Both the position numbers and the translations under genes were made by a program. DNA of 64,000 nucleotides, taken from Eledone cirrhosa. Taxonomy: Eukaryota. The notes beneath the pieces were generated by a model. It made no database searches. It was not told the origin of the DNA and saw only the letters and a program-made list of their open reading frames with translations. Of this stretch, positions 29,627-42,239 are shown piece after piece (within the stretch, counting starts at the first letter, position 1; each line of letters begins with the position of its first letter). Location of the stretch: assembly GCA_964016885.1 (NCBI GenBank), contig OZ024765.1, forward strand, positions 16,244,001 through 16,308,000. The letters are read 5' to 3'.

Positions 29627-29630
<4 letters not shown>
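29288..29630 (+). mobile_element. Penelope-like pLTR (family E) as a ~137-bp-arm palindrome
   Basis: 29288-29425 is inverted relative to 29434-29571 with an 8-nt spacer; (TA)n flanks. Confidence 0.8.
29457..29494 (+). ncRNA. Minimal hammerhead ribozyme, U3:A8 core variant (mirror copy 29365-29402, - strand)
   Basis: CCTT-TTGAAAA-GCAG-AAGAA-CTGC-GAAA-CCGG-TA-AAGG: stems I and II pair perfectly; palindromic stem III ACCGGT. Confidence 0.75.
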
Positions 29631-29691
<61 letters not shown>

Positions 29692-29827
29692 TCTGTTAAG
29701 TATTTCCGTAGAAAATGTAAAGGAACTATTTCATCTGATGAACGGGTTGGACGTTTCTATAAAGATTATCTGCTCTCTTGAACGCTTTGGTAATGGAATA
29801 ATTATATCTTGCTTTTGTTATGTAATT

Positions 29828-29877
<50 letters not shown>

Positions 29878-30046
29878 TAACAGATTAAATTTAAAGCAAA
29901 GAATCGCTGTTTTCACCATTAACGGGATCTTCTGAGATATATATATATTTGGTATATATATGTCCTTATCAAGCCCTCTTTGGATGTTAGTCTTCACATT
30001 TATTATTATTACTATATAGATATATATATAATATATATATAATATA

Positions 30047-30078
<32 letters not shown>

Positions 30079-30147
30079 TATATAACAAATCGTTATCATT
30101 CTACGTGGCTGAATACAATAAATGTAATTTGAATTTTTCGAATATTA

Positions 30148-30340
30148 ATAATTGTTTCTACTTTTGGCACAAGGCCAGCAATTATTCCAGTGCATCACTG
30201 GTACTTTATTTTATCGACCCCGTAAGGATGAAAATCAAAGTTAACCTCTGCGGGATTCGAACTCAGAATGGCAAGGGCCGTAACTCTATGTGTCAAAGCA
30301 TAGCGTCCGACCCTCTACTGATACTGCCAATCCACCGCCT
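30148..30340 (-). mobile_element. Octopus-type SINE
   Basis: Full reverse copy. Confidence 0.9.
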
Positions 30341-30485
30341 CTGTAAACCATGTCAGTAGAATGGCCTCGTCATTCTTGCTCTTGTCTTGGCATATATATA
30401 TATATAGAGAGAGAGAAAGAGGAGTAGAACACTGGAAGGTAATATCCATAGTGGCAGAGCACTCAGACAATGGGACGAGTTTTGT

Positions 30486-30566
30486 AGAAGTTGTAACACA
30501 ACAGGTATTTCACCATACCGAGAACAATTATTCTCGGTATGGTGAATTAACTGCTGTGTTACTACT

Positions 30567-30569
<3 letters not shown>
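30486..30569. repeat. ~39-bp-arm fold-back
   Basis: AGAAGTTGTAACACAACAGGTATTTCACCATACCGAGAA / TTCTCGGTATGGTGAATTAACTGCTGTGTTACTACTTCT. Confidence 0.85.
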
Positions 30570-30597
<28 letters not shown>

Positions 30598-30599
30598 TT

Positions 30600-30812
30600 A
30601 GGCGTGTGGCTGAGTGGTTAGAGAATTGGATTCGCAATCGTAAGGTTGTGAGTTCGATTCCTGGACCAGGCGATGCGTTATGTCCTTGAGCAAGACACTT
30701 TATTTCACGTTGCTCCTTCTACCTGGAGTTGCGACCGATAGATAGTATTAGCAATTGGAAAGACCAACGGAAACATTGTTCCCTCGGTCCGATTTGACGA
30801 AAGTCGATCGTT
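30600..30812 (+). mobile_element. tRNA-derived SINE head (30600-30716) joined to a separate dispersed repeat (30721-30812)
   Basis: TGGCTGAGTGG A box, GTTCGATTCC B box; the second part recurs reversed at 60205-60295 and diverged at 16020-16085. Confidence 0.8.
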
Positions 30813-30814
30813 AA

Positions 30815-30851
<37 letters not shown>

Positions 30852-31210
30852 CTTGTTGTTTTTATGGGCCTTGTTTTTGTTGTAGATCTTGCTGTTGTTG
30901 TTTTTGTTGTTATTGTGCTGTTCCACTTTTTGTTCTTGTTGTGAATCTTGCTGTTTTTGTTGTCCCCGTTCGTGTTCTTATAACGGTTGATGTGGTTCTC
31001 CTCGCCGTTGTTGTCGGTGGTGAGGATCTTGTTGGTGTTGTTGTTAGTGTTGTTGTAGTTGTCCTTGTTCTTAAAACGCTTCAACATCGTCGTTGTCATC
31101 GTTGTTGTTGTTGTTGTTGTGGTTGTTGTTGTCATTAATTGCAATTCTTAATTGGGAAATTGCGTTTATTTTCTTCTTAATTTTAATTTCATAGTTTCAA
31201 AACTAAACAA

Positions 31211-31245
<35 letters not shown>

Positions 31246-32279
31246 AGAAGACACATTAAAAAAAAAACAATATCAACAATAAAACAATATAAATTAATAA
31301 TCAAAAATATAAATAAAAAAGACAGCATTTTAAAGAACGGAACAACAACAAAAATAAAATTATATTGACATGAAATATAACAACAATATTAACAACAATA
31401 ACAATATCAACAACAATAACAACAACAATAACAACACAAATAACAGCAACATCAAGAATAACAATAGCAGCAACAATAGTAATAAGACTCTATTGTCAGC
31501 AATAATTACCACAACAACAATAACAACTACAGTAACAAAAATACTGTATCGACAGCAATAACAGCAACAATATCAATAACAATAACAAAAGCAATAACAA
31601 CAAAAATAGCAATAACAATAACAACAACAATAGCAATAACAACAATAACAAAAATAGCAATAACAATAACAACAACAATAGCAATAACAACAAAAATAGC
31701 AATAACAATAACAACAACAATAGCAATAACAATAACAACAACAATAGCAATAACAATAACAACAGCAAAAGCAACAACAGCAATAAAACAACAGCAATAA
31801 CAACAACAACAATATCAATAACAATAACAACAACAAAAGCAACAACAACAACAGCAATAACATCAGCAACAATAGCAATAACACCAATAACAACAACACA
31901 GTATTGACAGCAATAACAACAACAGTAGCAACAACAACAACATTAACAACACCAACAACAATAAGAACAACAACAATAACAACAACAATAGCAACAACAA
32001 CAACAACAATAACAACACCAACAACAATAACAACAACAGCAATAACAACAATAGCAATAACACCAACAATAACAACACAGTATTGACAGCAACAACAACA
32101 ATGATAGCAACAACAACAGCAATAACAACAAAAATAGCAACAACAACAACAAAAATAACAACAACAACAATAGAACTGACACCAACAATAACAACACTTT
32201 ATCGACAATAATAACAACAGATTTTATCGACAACAATAAAAACTACAATATAAACATTGTATCGAAAACAATAACAACA

Positions 32280-32470
32280 ATAATTGTTTCTAGATTTGGC
32301 ACAAGGCCAGCAATTACCCCAGTACATTACTGGTACTTTATTTTATCGACCCCCGTAAGGATGAAAGGCAAAGTTAACCTCGGCGGGATTTGAACTCAGA
32401 ATGGCAAGGGCCGCAACTCTATGCGTCAAAGCATGGCGTTCGACCCTCTACCAATACTGCCAATCCAACA
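32280..32470 (-). mobile_element. Octopus-type SINE
   Basis: Full reverse copy. Confidence 0.9.
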
Positions 32471-32476
32471 CCCTGG

Positions 32477-33085
32477 GACGACAATAATGAAAACCAATAT
32501 ATATCGATAGCAACAATATCATATATATATTGACGACAATAATGAAAACCAATATATATCGATAGCAACAATATCATATATATTGACAACAATAATGAAA
32601 ACCAATATATATCGATAGCACAATATCATATATATATTGACAACAATAATGAAAACCAATATATATCGATAGCACAATATCATATATATATTGACAACAA
32701 TAATGAAAACCAATATATATCGATAACAACAATATCATATATATTGACAACAATAATGAAAACCAATATATATCGATAGCACAATATCATATATATATTG
32801 ACGACAATAATGAAAACCAATATATATCGATAACAACAATATCATATATATATTGACGACAATAATGAAAACCAATATATATCGATAACAACAATATCAT
32901 ATATATATTGACGACAATAATGAAAACCAATATATATCGATAGCAACAATATCATATATATATTGACGACAATAATGAAAACCAATATATATCGATAGCA
33001 ACAATATCATATATATATTGACGACAATAATGAAAACCAATATATATCGATAGCAACAATATCATATATATATTGACGACAATAA
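32477..33085. repeat. ~55-bp minisatellite, ~11 copies
   Basis: GACGACAATAATGAAAACCAATATATATCGATAGCAACAATATCATATATATATT. Confidence 0.95.
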
Positions 33086-33437
33086 TATTCAATATAATTA
33101 TCATAACTCCACGAAATTATAATAAAGTTTTCGATATTATATAAATAATGATAACAGTAACGGCAACGTAGCTTGGGTAGTAGTAGTAGTTGCAGTGGTG
33201 GTTATAGTAGTGGTGGTGGTAGTAGTAGTAATAGTAGTAGTAGTAGAGTAGCAGTGGTGGTGGTAGTACTAGGAGTAGTAGTAGTTGTAGTGGTGGTAGT
33301 AGTGGTAGTGGTAGTAGTAGTAGTAGTTGGTATAGTAGTAGCGGCAGTAGTGGTAGTAGTAGTAGTAGCAGCAGTTATAGTAGAACTAATAGTAGCAGTA
33401 GTAGTAGTAGCAGTTGTTGTTGTACTAGTAGGCTTAC

Positions 33438-33471
<34 letters not shown>

Positions 33472-33511
33472 TGTCTTGTATTTATGTATGTATGTATATA
33501 TATATATATAT

Positions 33512-34116
33512 GTCAGGTCACCAGTTGGTGCTACTGGTAACATGTATCCCAGTACAACCTGTCTCATGGTCGTGTCGTTGGCGACTAAACTGGCAACCCC
33601 ACCAAGGTTTCTTGTTGAGGAGAGTGACTTTGGACATCCTGCAGGACTAAAAACAAAACCTGTCAAAGGGCAAAGGAGCTCTTAGGAGTCAATGGCCATC
33701 CAAAATCACCGGGAGAGATGACCCCTTAGCCTTTGTCAAGGCAGAATTCTAGGAGAAGGAAAACTCTGATATAACACCTGCAACCCTGATGGTATCCAAT
33801 GATGTTGACTTGTTCTTCTTTATGGTAAATATCATCTTGGTTAAGAGAGTGGGACTGGCTTTGTGCAGTGCCTTTGCTCACTATAAAAGCTTCACAGCAC
33901 AGGCATTGCTTTATATCTGGAGATCTCTCTGCACTTGTCACATGGTACCATGGGCCCAGCACTATGTGTCAATAATTGTCACAAGTGTAGTGTTTGTACC
34001 AGAGTTTTCAAGTCGCTGGCTGGACTAAAAAGTCACATTCGTTCAGCGCATCGGTAGGGGTTCTCCTACATGGATATAAAGTAGTGGCCGTACTCGAAAA
34101 TGAGTTGGCAGCCATC
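33512..34116 (+). mobile_element. Apparently full-length ~600-bp bipartite RTE-derived non-autonomous retroelement
   Basis: RTE 5'-UTR-like motif CTAGGAGAAGGAAAACTCTGA (33749-33769), terminal C2H2 finger [22 protein letters not shown] then R-stop (33986-34057), short 3' UTR, no RT; TA/TATG flanks. Confidence 0.8.
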
Positions 34117-34119
34117 ATG

Positions 34120-34282
<163 letters not shown>

Positions 34283-34752
34283 AAAATCAAGTATATTAAG
34301 TGTGTGAAACAACTGATGATCGCTGTAGCGTGAAACTAGAATTGCGAAACAGAAAATCATTATACACACGCAAACTCTCTCTCTCTCTCTCACGCATACA
34401 CACACTCTCTCCCTCTCTCTCACACACACTCTCTCACTCTCTCTCTCTCCCACACACACTCTCTCTATCTATCACTCACACACACACTCTCTCACTCACT
34501 CACACACACACTCTCTCTCTCTCTCACACACACACTCTCTCTCTCTCACTCACACATACACACTCTCTCTCACACACACACTCTCTCGCTCTCTCACACA
34601 CATACTCTCTCACTCTCACTCACAAACACACTCTCTCACTCACGCACACACTCTCTCACTCTCTCTCACACACACTCTCTCTCTCTCTCTGCCTCTCTCT
34701 CTCTCTTGCACACAGACATACGCACACACTCTCACTCTCTCACACTCACACA

Positions 34753-34784
<32 letters not shown>

Positions 34785-35259
34785 CTCTCACATACACTCT
34801 CTCTCTCTCTCACACACACACTCTCTCACACAGACATACACACACTCTCACTATCTCACACACACACACTCTCTCTCTCACACACTCTCTCTCTCTCACA
34901 CACACACACACACTCTCTCACTCTCTCTCACTCACAAACACACTCTCTCTCTCTCATTCACACACACACTCTCTCACTCACTCTTACACACACACACTCT
35001 CACTTTCTCACACACACACACACTCCCTCTCCCTCTCTCTCTCTCACTCTCTCTTTCCTTCTCTCTCTCCCTCCTTCTCTCTCTCTCTATCCCCCTCTCT
35101 ATTGCTATCACTCTCTCTCACTCTCCCTCCCTCCCCTTGTCTCTCTATCTCTCATATATATATATATCTCCCTCTCTCCCTCCTCTCTCCCTCTCTCTCT
35201 ATCCTCCTCTCTATCTCTATCACTCTCTCTCCCTCTCCCTCCCTCCCCCTCTCTCTCTA

Positions 35260-35299
<40 letters not shown>

Positions 35300-38200
35300 C
35301 TCTCCCTCCTTCTCTCTCCCTCTCTATCTCTCTATCCCCCTCTCTATTTATATCACTCTATCTCCCTCTCCCTCCCTCCCCCTCTCTCTCTATCTCTAAT
35401 ATATATATATATATATATATATAATTATAACACTTGTCCTTGCGTCTCCTGAACCCTAACCTTGCGATAATAAAATGCACCGTAATTTATATTATTATTG
35501 TTATTATTGTTGTTATTATTGTTGTTATTATTGTTGTTGTTGTTGTTGTTATTGCTGTTGTTGTTGTTGTTATTGTTGTTGTTGTTGTCGTCATTATCGA
35601 TCACCTTATCGCTATTATCATCATCATCATCGTCATCACTTTCGTCCTCTTCATAATCATCATCACTATCTACATTATGACTATGATCATCATCATAATA
35701 AACATCATTATCATCACCACCACCACCCTAACCCTCACTGACACTACCACCACCACCAACACCACCAACACCACCACCACGAACACCACACCACCACCAC
35801 CGACACCAACAATACCACCACAACACCACACCACCACCACCACCAGCACCAGCACCACCAACACAACAACACCACACCACCACCACTGCCACCACCACCA
35901 CCAATACCACCACCACCAACACCGCCACCACCAACACCACCACCACAAACGCTATCACCACCACCACCAACACCACAACACACCAACACCAGCACCAACA
36001 CCACCAACACCACAACACAACAACACCAGCACCAACACCACCAACACCACAACACAACACCACACCACCACCACTGCCACCACCAACACCACCACACCAC
36101 CCCCACTGCCACCACCAACACCACCACCACCACAAACAACACCACCACCACCAACACCACCACCACTATCACCACCACCATCAAGGACCAGAGTAATTTT
36201 CACATGGAATCACATTTATTGTTATATAATCGAAATCGACAACTATAGAGGTTTATTTTGGACGAGAACAGTTTTTTAACACCGTTGTTGATGGTGGTGG
36301 TGGTGATGGTGGTGGTGGTGATGCTGGTGGTGATGATGGTGGTGGTGGTGGTGGTGATGCTGGTGGTGGTGATGGTGCTGGTGGTGATGATGGTGGTGAT
36401 GATGGTGGTGGTGGTGGTGATGCTGGTGGTGGTGATGGAGGTGGTGGTGGTTTTGTTAATGACGGTAGTGGTGTTGGTAGTAGTGGTGATTGTTGTGGTG
36501 GTGTTGGTGTTTGTGGTGGTTTTAGTGGTGGTGTTGGTAGTAGTGTTTGTTTTAATGGTGGTGTTGGTGTTTGTGGTGGTTTTAGTGGTGGTGTTGGTAG
36601 TAGTGTTGGTTTTAATGGTGGTGTTGGTGTTTGTGGTGGTTTTAGTGGTGGTGTTGTTAGTAGTGTTGGTTTTAGTGGTGGTGTTGTTAGTAGTGTTGGT
36701 TTTAGTGGTGGTGTTGGTGGTAGTGGTGATTTTTGTGGAGGTGTTGGTGTTTGTGGTGGTTTTAGTGTTGGTGGTAGTGGTGATTTGTGTGGTGGTGTTG
36801 GTGTTTGTGGTGGTTTTAGTGGTGGTGGTGGTGGTGTTGTGGTTATTGTTGGTGGTGTTTTTATTGGTGGTAGTGGTGTTGATGTTGTGTTAGGTTTGCT
36901 GGTGTTGGCGGTGGTAGTGGTGATGTATGTGGTTGGTGTTTTTGTTGTGTTAGTGATGGTGGTGGTTGTGATGTTGGTGATGTTGTTGTTGTTGATGTTG
37001 TTGGTGTTATTGTTGTTGGTGTTGTTTGTTGGCGGTGCTAATATTGTTGTTGTGGTGGTGGTGGTTGTGGTGTTGTTATTGTTTTTGTTAGTGGCGCTGA
37101 TGGTTGTGGTGTTGTTGTTGTTGGTGTTGGTGATGGTGCTGATGTTGTTGTGTTAGTGATACTGTTGTTCGTGTTGTTGTTGGTGTTGGTGGTGGTGTCG
37201 ACGTTGTTACGTATTGTTGTTGTTGTAGTTGGTGTTTCTGTTATTGTTGTAGTTGGTGCTTCGTGTTGTTGTTGTTGTTGCAGTGGGTGTTTCTGTTGTT
37301 GTTGCAGTTGGTATTGCTGTTGATGTTTATGTTTATGTTGTTGTTGTTGGTGTTTATGTTGTTGTTGTTGTTGGTTGTGTTGGTGATTATATTGTTGTTG
37401 CTATTGTTGGTGTTGTTTGAATGCGTATAAAACATTTAAGGTGTTTAAAAAAAAAGATGAGGAAAAAACAGATTTTTCTGTTGTTAAAAAGGATTGTATT
37501 TTATACACGAGGTTCATTTCTAATTTAACTTTTTTCAACATTTGATTTTGTGGGAGATTTTGTGAGATTCTCGTGTTATTTTCTTGCTTAAATCACATGC
37601 AATCATCTAGTATTTTTGTGTTATATTCTATGCATAAATTTCATACTGTTGAAAGCGTTTCCCATTTCTTAATCATATAGATTGCATGACATGCATATTG
37701 TTTGGTTAAATAACATACATAAATTTCATGAACTTGAATTATATAGTACGTGTTCATTACACACCTCTGAGGTATATGACATAATACATCTTATAATGAT
37801 GCGTTACACACGGCTGAGTTATACAACATGCAGACATTCCACACATACATTTCATAGACTTGCTTTACACAGCATTGCTTGTGAATAAGTTACATATCAT
37901 GGATGTATGTTATATGTTGAATTTCATAACATATTGGCATTACATATGGATAAATTATATGAAAAACATACATTTCATATTCTCGGGTTATACGGTTTAC
38001 ATATAGTTCATATACCTCTCTTTTTTAGTATACATATATTTGTAATTGATGTTGTAGACAACATGTATACTTTTCATATACGCATGGTATATATCATGCA
38101 TACATTCCATAGTGTTGTGTTAGATAATGTGAGTGCAGTTCATAAGTATTGTGTAATTTTGTTTATTCGTCTATTTAAGAAGCCATACATAGACTATATA

Positions 38201-38340
38201 CATTTTGTTTCGCTATAGCAAAGCTTTTCAGTAACAAAAGCTAAAAATATTCAAGTATTTATCTATTTGAATTTACATTGCGATTTGTGTTTTAAAGAAT
38301 CTACTTCAAATTTCATAAAATCTTCAAAAGTTCAAACATT

Positions 38341-38630
38341 TAAGTGGCTTAGCAGTAAGGTTATTCGGCTGAGACTCAAAGATCGTGAGTTCGATTCCCA
38401 CAGGCGCATTGAGTCCTTGAGCAAGGCACTTTATTTAGCATTGCTTCAGTGCACTCAACTGGAAGAAAATTAGATTTACTTGTAATTTAAAGAACCAAAT
38501 ATGTGACACAATTCACAACTATTCATAATGTGCCTGTAGAATGCTCAGCCACTTAAACTGAAGTTTGGTGAGCAGTCTCCTCCTTTTGTTAAACAACTGG
38601 AGCACTCATTAACAGAAGCGACAAGGGTAC
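38341..38630 (+). mobile_element. tRNA-derived SINE
   Basis: GTGGCTTAGCAG A box, GTTCGATTCC B box, GTCCTTGAGCAAGGCACTTTATT body. Confidence 0.75.
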
Positions 38631-38659
38631 AAATATATGTATCTGACGAATGCACATTA

Positions 38660-39195
38660 ATTTCAAGAGCATGCTCCTCCGTTATTTGATATCCTCGATA
38701 TCAGAACCCACTTAGATCCAATAACAGTTTGGTCAAAGAGCTGGAAGCTTCGATATCAGAACTAAAGGAGATCAACCACCCACGTGACTGTGGAATGCTC
38801 AGCCACGTGCAAGTTTATGTTAAGAGCAAGCTGTACCATTGGTCAAACAGTTGGAAGCCTCGATATGATAGCCAAAGGAAATAAAACACTCACGTGGCTG
38901 TGGAGTGTCCAGCCCCTTCCACGTTACTTTTAAACGCAAGCTCTTCCATTGGTCAAACAGGTGGAAGCCTCGATATCGCATCCAACACTCACGTGACTGA
39001 GGAATACTCAGCCACTTGCAGGGTAATTTTAAGGGCAGGGTCTTCCGTCGGAAAAACAGTTGCAACCCTCGATAATAGATCAAAACAGAGTTGTCTATGG
39101 AATGCTCAGGCACTTTCACTTTTATTGTATGCACCGGCTTCTTCTGTTGGTCAAGCGAGTGAAAAATTCATCACCCGAACTGACGGAAGCCCACA
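38660..39195 (+). repeat. Degenerate ~100-110-bp tandem copies of the SINE 3' region
   Basis: CACGTGACTGTGGAATGCTCAGCCAC..TTGGTCAAACAG.TGGAAGCCTCGATAT at ~38781, 38891, 38990, 39095. Confidence 0.7.
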
Positions 39196-39427
39196 ATATA
39201 ATTGACAGGCTAACATTAGTTATTGATTTTTTCTCTTCTGAGGAATCCACAAGGATGGAACCTGTGTAATATGATAGACGCTTGATGTAATTGTTCATAT
39301 GAAGTATTGCTTAGATTCTATTTCGTGTGCCAGCACTCACATGTTTTATATATCTATCTATCTATATATATATATGTGTGTGTGTGTCTGTGTGTGTGTA
39401 TAGGTATGTATGTATTGTATGTATATA

Positions 39428-39470
<43 letters not shown>

Positions 39471-39701
39471 TATATATATGTATATATTTATATTTATATT
39501 TATATTTATATTTATATATATATATTTAATACATGCTGTTGTATATACATTAAATTTGTAGCATTACAATATATTTATATTTTATATATACATACACAAA
39601 CAAACACGTACACATACATATCATTTGATATATATAGATAGATACACATAGTTATATATACATACCTACATACATGCATACATATATACATACATATATG
39701 C

Positions 39702-39750
<49 letters not shown>

Positions 39751-39754
39751 TATG

Positions 39755-39799
<45 letters not shown>

Positions 39800-40166
39800 A
39801 AATATATGAAGGGTAGATTTAAGTGCGTTTTGTGTTTATAAGGGTAACTGAGTGCATATAAAAATGGAGAAAAATGTACTCAATAGTAAAAGTAGAGTGA
39901 AGCTTCTGATTGTAATTGAAAGCTTTCGAGTTGCAAATCTATAATACATATTTATTTTCATGCACACAGTTATGCATGTGCATACGTAATACATCCATAC
40001 ATAGATGCATACATACATACATATATACACACATACATAGAAACCTAAGTACACACACACATATATACATATATTTATATACATATATATATATATACAT
40101 TTCAAGAAATGACAATGCATATACATTGAAAATATATATTATATATATATATATATATACGTATTA

Positions 40167-40218
<52 letters not shown>

Positions 40219-40363
40219 ATATATATGTGTGTGTATGTGTGTGTATATATATGTGTGTGTGTGTGTGTGTATATATATGTGTGTGTGTGTGTGTATATAT
40301 ATGTGTGTGTGTATATATATATGTGTGTGTGTATATATATATATATATATGTCTGTATATATA

Positions 40364-40394
<31 letters not shown>

Positions 40395-40408
40395 GTGTGT
40401 TTGTGTGC

Positions 40409-40452
<44 letters not shown>

Positions 40453-40493
40453 ATGTATATATGTATACATCTATACATACATTTAAATACACG

Positions 40494-40548
<55 letters not shown>

Positions 40549-41257
40549 TTATACATGCATACATACAGAACCAATTTAGGAATGAAATCATTACAGATTT
40601 CAAGTATTAAAGAATTAAGGAATATCACCAAAAACATAAACAAGCAAAATACATACAAAAACAATTAGGATTTGGATAATTAAAGCATAAAAGAATTTAA
40701 GAATTAAGGAATAAAGAATTTCAGAATTCAAGAATTACAATTCAAAATTGGAAAAAAAAATAAAATTGAGAAATCGAAATTTGTGAATGCAATAAAAGTG
40801 ATTTTTAGGGATTTCTAATATAAAGATTAATATTAATATAATAATAATAATATAATAATAATAATATTTACAATGACACTATAGCAACAGTAATATGTAG
40901 GATAACAACAACAACAATAGGGACAATAACAACAATAACAATAATAAACATACCAACAATAAAAAGTGCAATGACAACACCAACAACAACAACAATAACA
41001 GCGGTAATAAAGAATACTAATAATAATAATGACACTATGAAAATAACAATGTGTACAATGACAACAATAACAACAACAACAACAATAAGAAGAAGAATAA
41101 TGACACTATGGCAACAACAATAATAACAACATCAATAACAACTAAAATTATAATAACGACACTAAGAGAATAACAACAATAGCAAATACGACAACAACAA
41201 CAACAACAATAACTATGACAATAACAACAACAATATGTAAAATGACATAACAACAGC

Positions 41258-41295
<38 letters not shown>

Positions 41296-41429
41296 GACAA
41301 CAACAACAACAAGAACAACAATATTGATAACACAACAATGACATCGACAACAACAATAACAACAACAATAATAACAATAACAACTATGATAATAACACCA
41401 CTATGACAATAACAACAGCAAAACACTAT

Positions 41430-42160
41430 GATAATAATATTACCACTATGACAATAACAACAACTATCATAACTACAACTATGGTAATAATAACACCACT
41501 ATGACAATAACAACAACAACTATCATAGCTACAACTATGGTAATAATAATACCACTATGACAATAACAACAACAACTATCATAGCCACAACTATGGTAAT
41601 AATAATACCACTATGACAATAACAACAACAACTATCATAGCCACAACTATGGTAATAATAATACCACTATGACAATAACAACAACTATCATAGCTACAAC
41701 TATGGTAATAATAATACCACTATGACAATAACAACAACAACTATCATAGCCACAACTATGGTAATAATAATACCACTATGACAATAACAACAACAACTAT
41801 CATAGCTACAACTATGGTAATAATAATACCACTATGACAATAACAACAACAACTATCATAGCCACAACTATGGTAATAATAATACCACTATGACAATAAC
41901 AACAACAACTATCATAGCTACAACTATGGTAATAATAATACCACTATGACAATAACAACAACAACTATCATAGCTACAACTATGGTAATAATAATACCAC
42001 TATGACATAACAACAGCAAAACACTATGATAATAATAATACCACTATGACAATAACAACAACAACTATCATAGCTACAACTATGGTAATAATAATAGCAC
42101 TATGACATAACAACAACAACAACAACTATGATAATAATAATACCACTATGACAATACAAC
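41430..42160. repeat. 56-bp minisatellite, ~12 copies
   Basis: CCACTATGACAATAACAACAACAACTATCATAGCTACAACTATGGTAATAATAATA. Confidence 0.95.
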
Positions 42161-42239
42161 AGCAACTATGATAATAATACCGATATGATATAACAATAAC
42201 AGCTATGATAATAATACCGATACTACATAACAACAACAA

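Noticed and set aside
29725-29765. CTGATGA at ~29735
   Set aside because: No downstream stem II-GAAA, so at best a decayed remnant
30600-30672. tRNA gene (also 614-680, 38341-38405, 60960-61030)
   Set aside because: A and B boxes run into SINE bodies with no complete cloverleaf
33971-34057. Host C2H2 zinc-finger gene exon
   Set aside because: A single finger inside a multi-copy RTE-derived element
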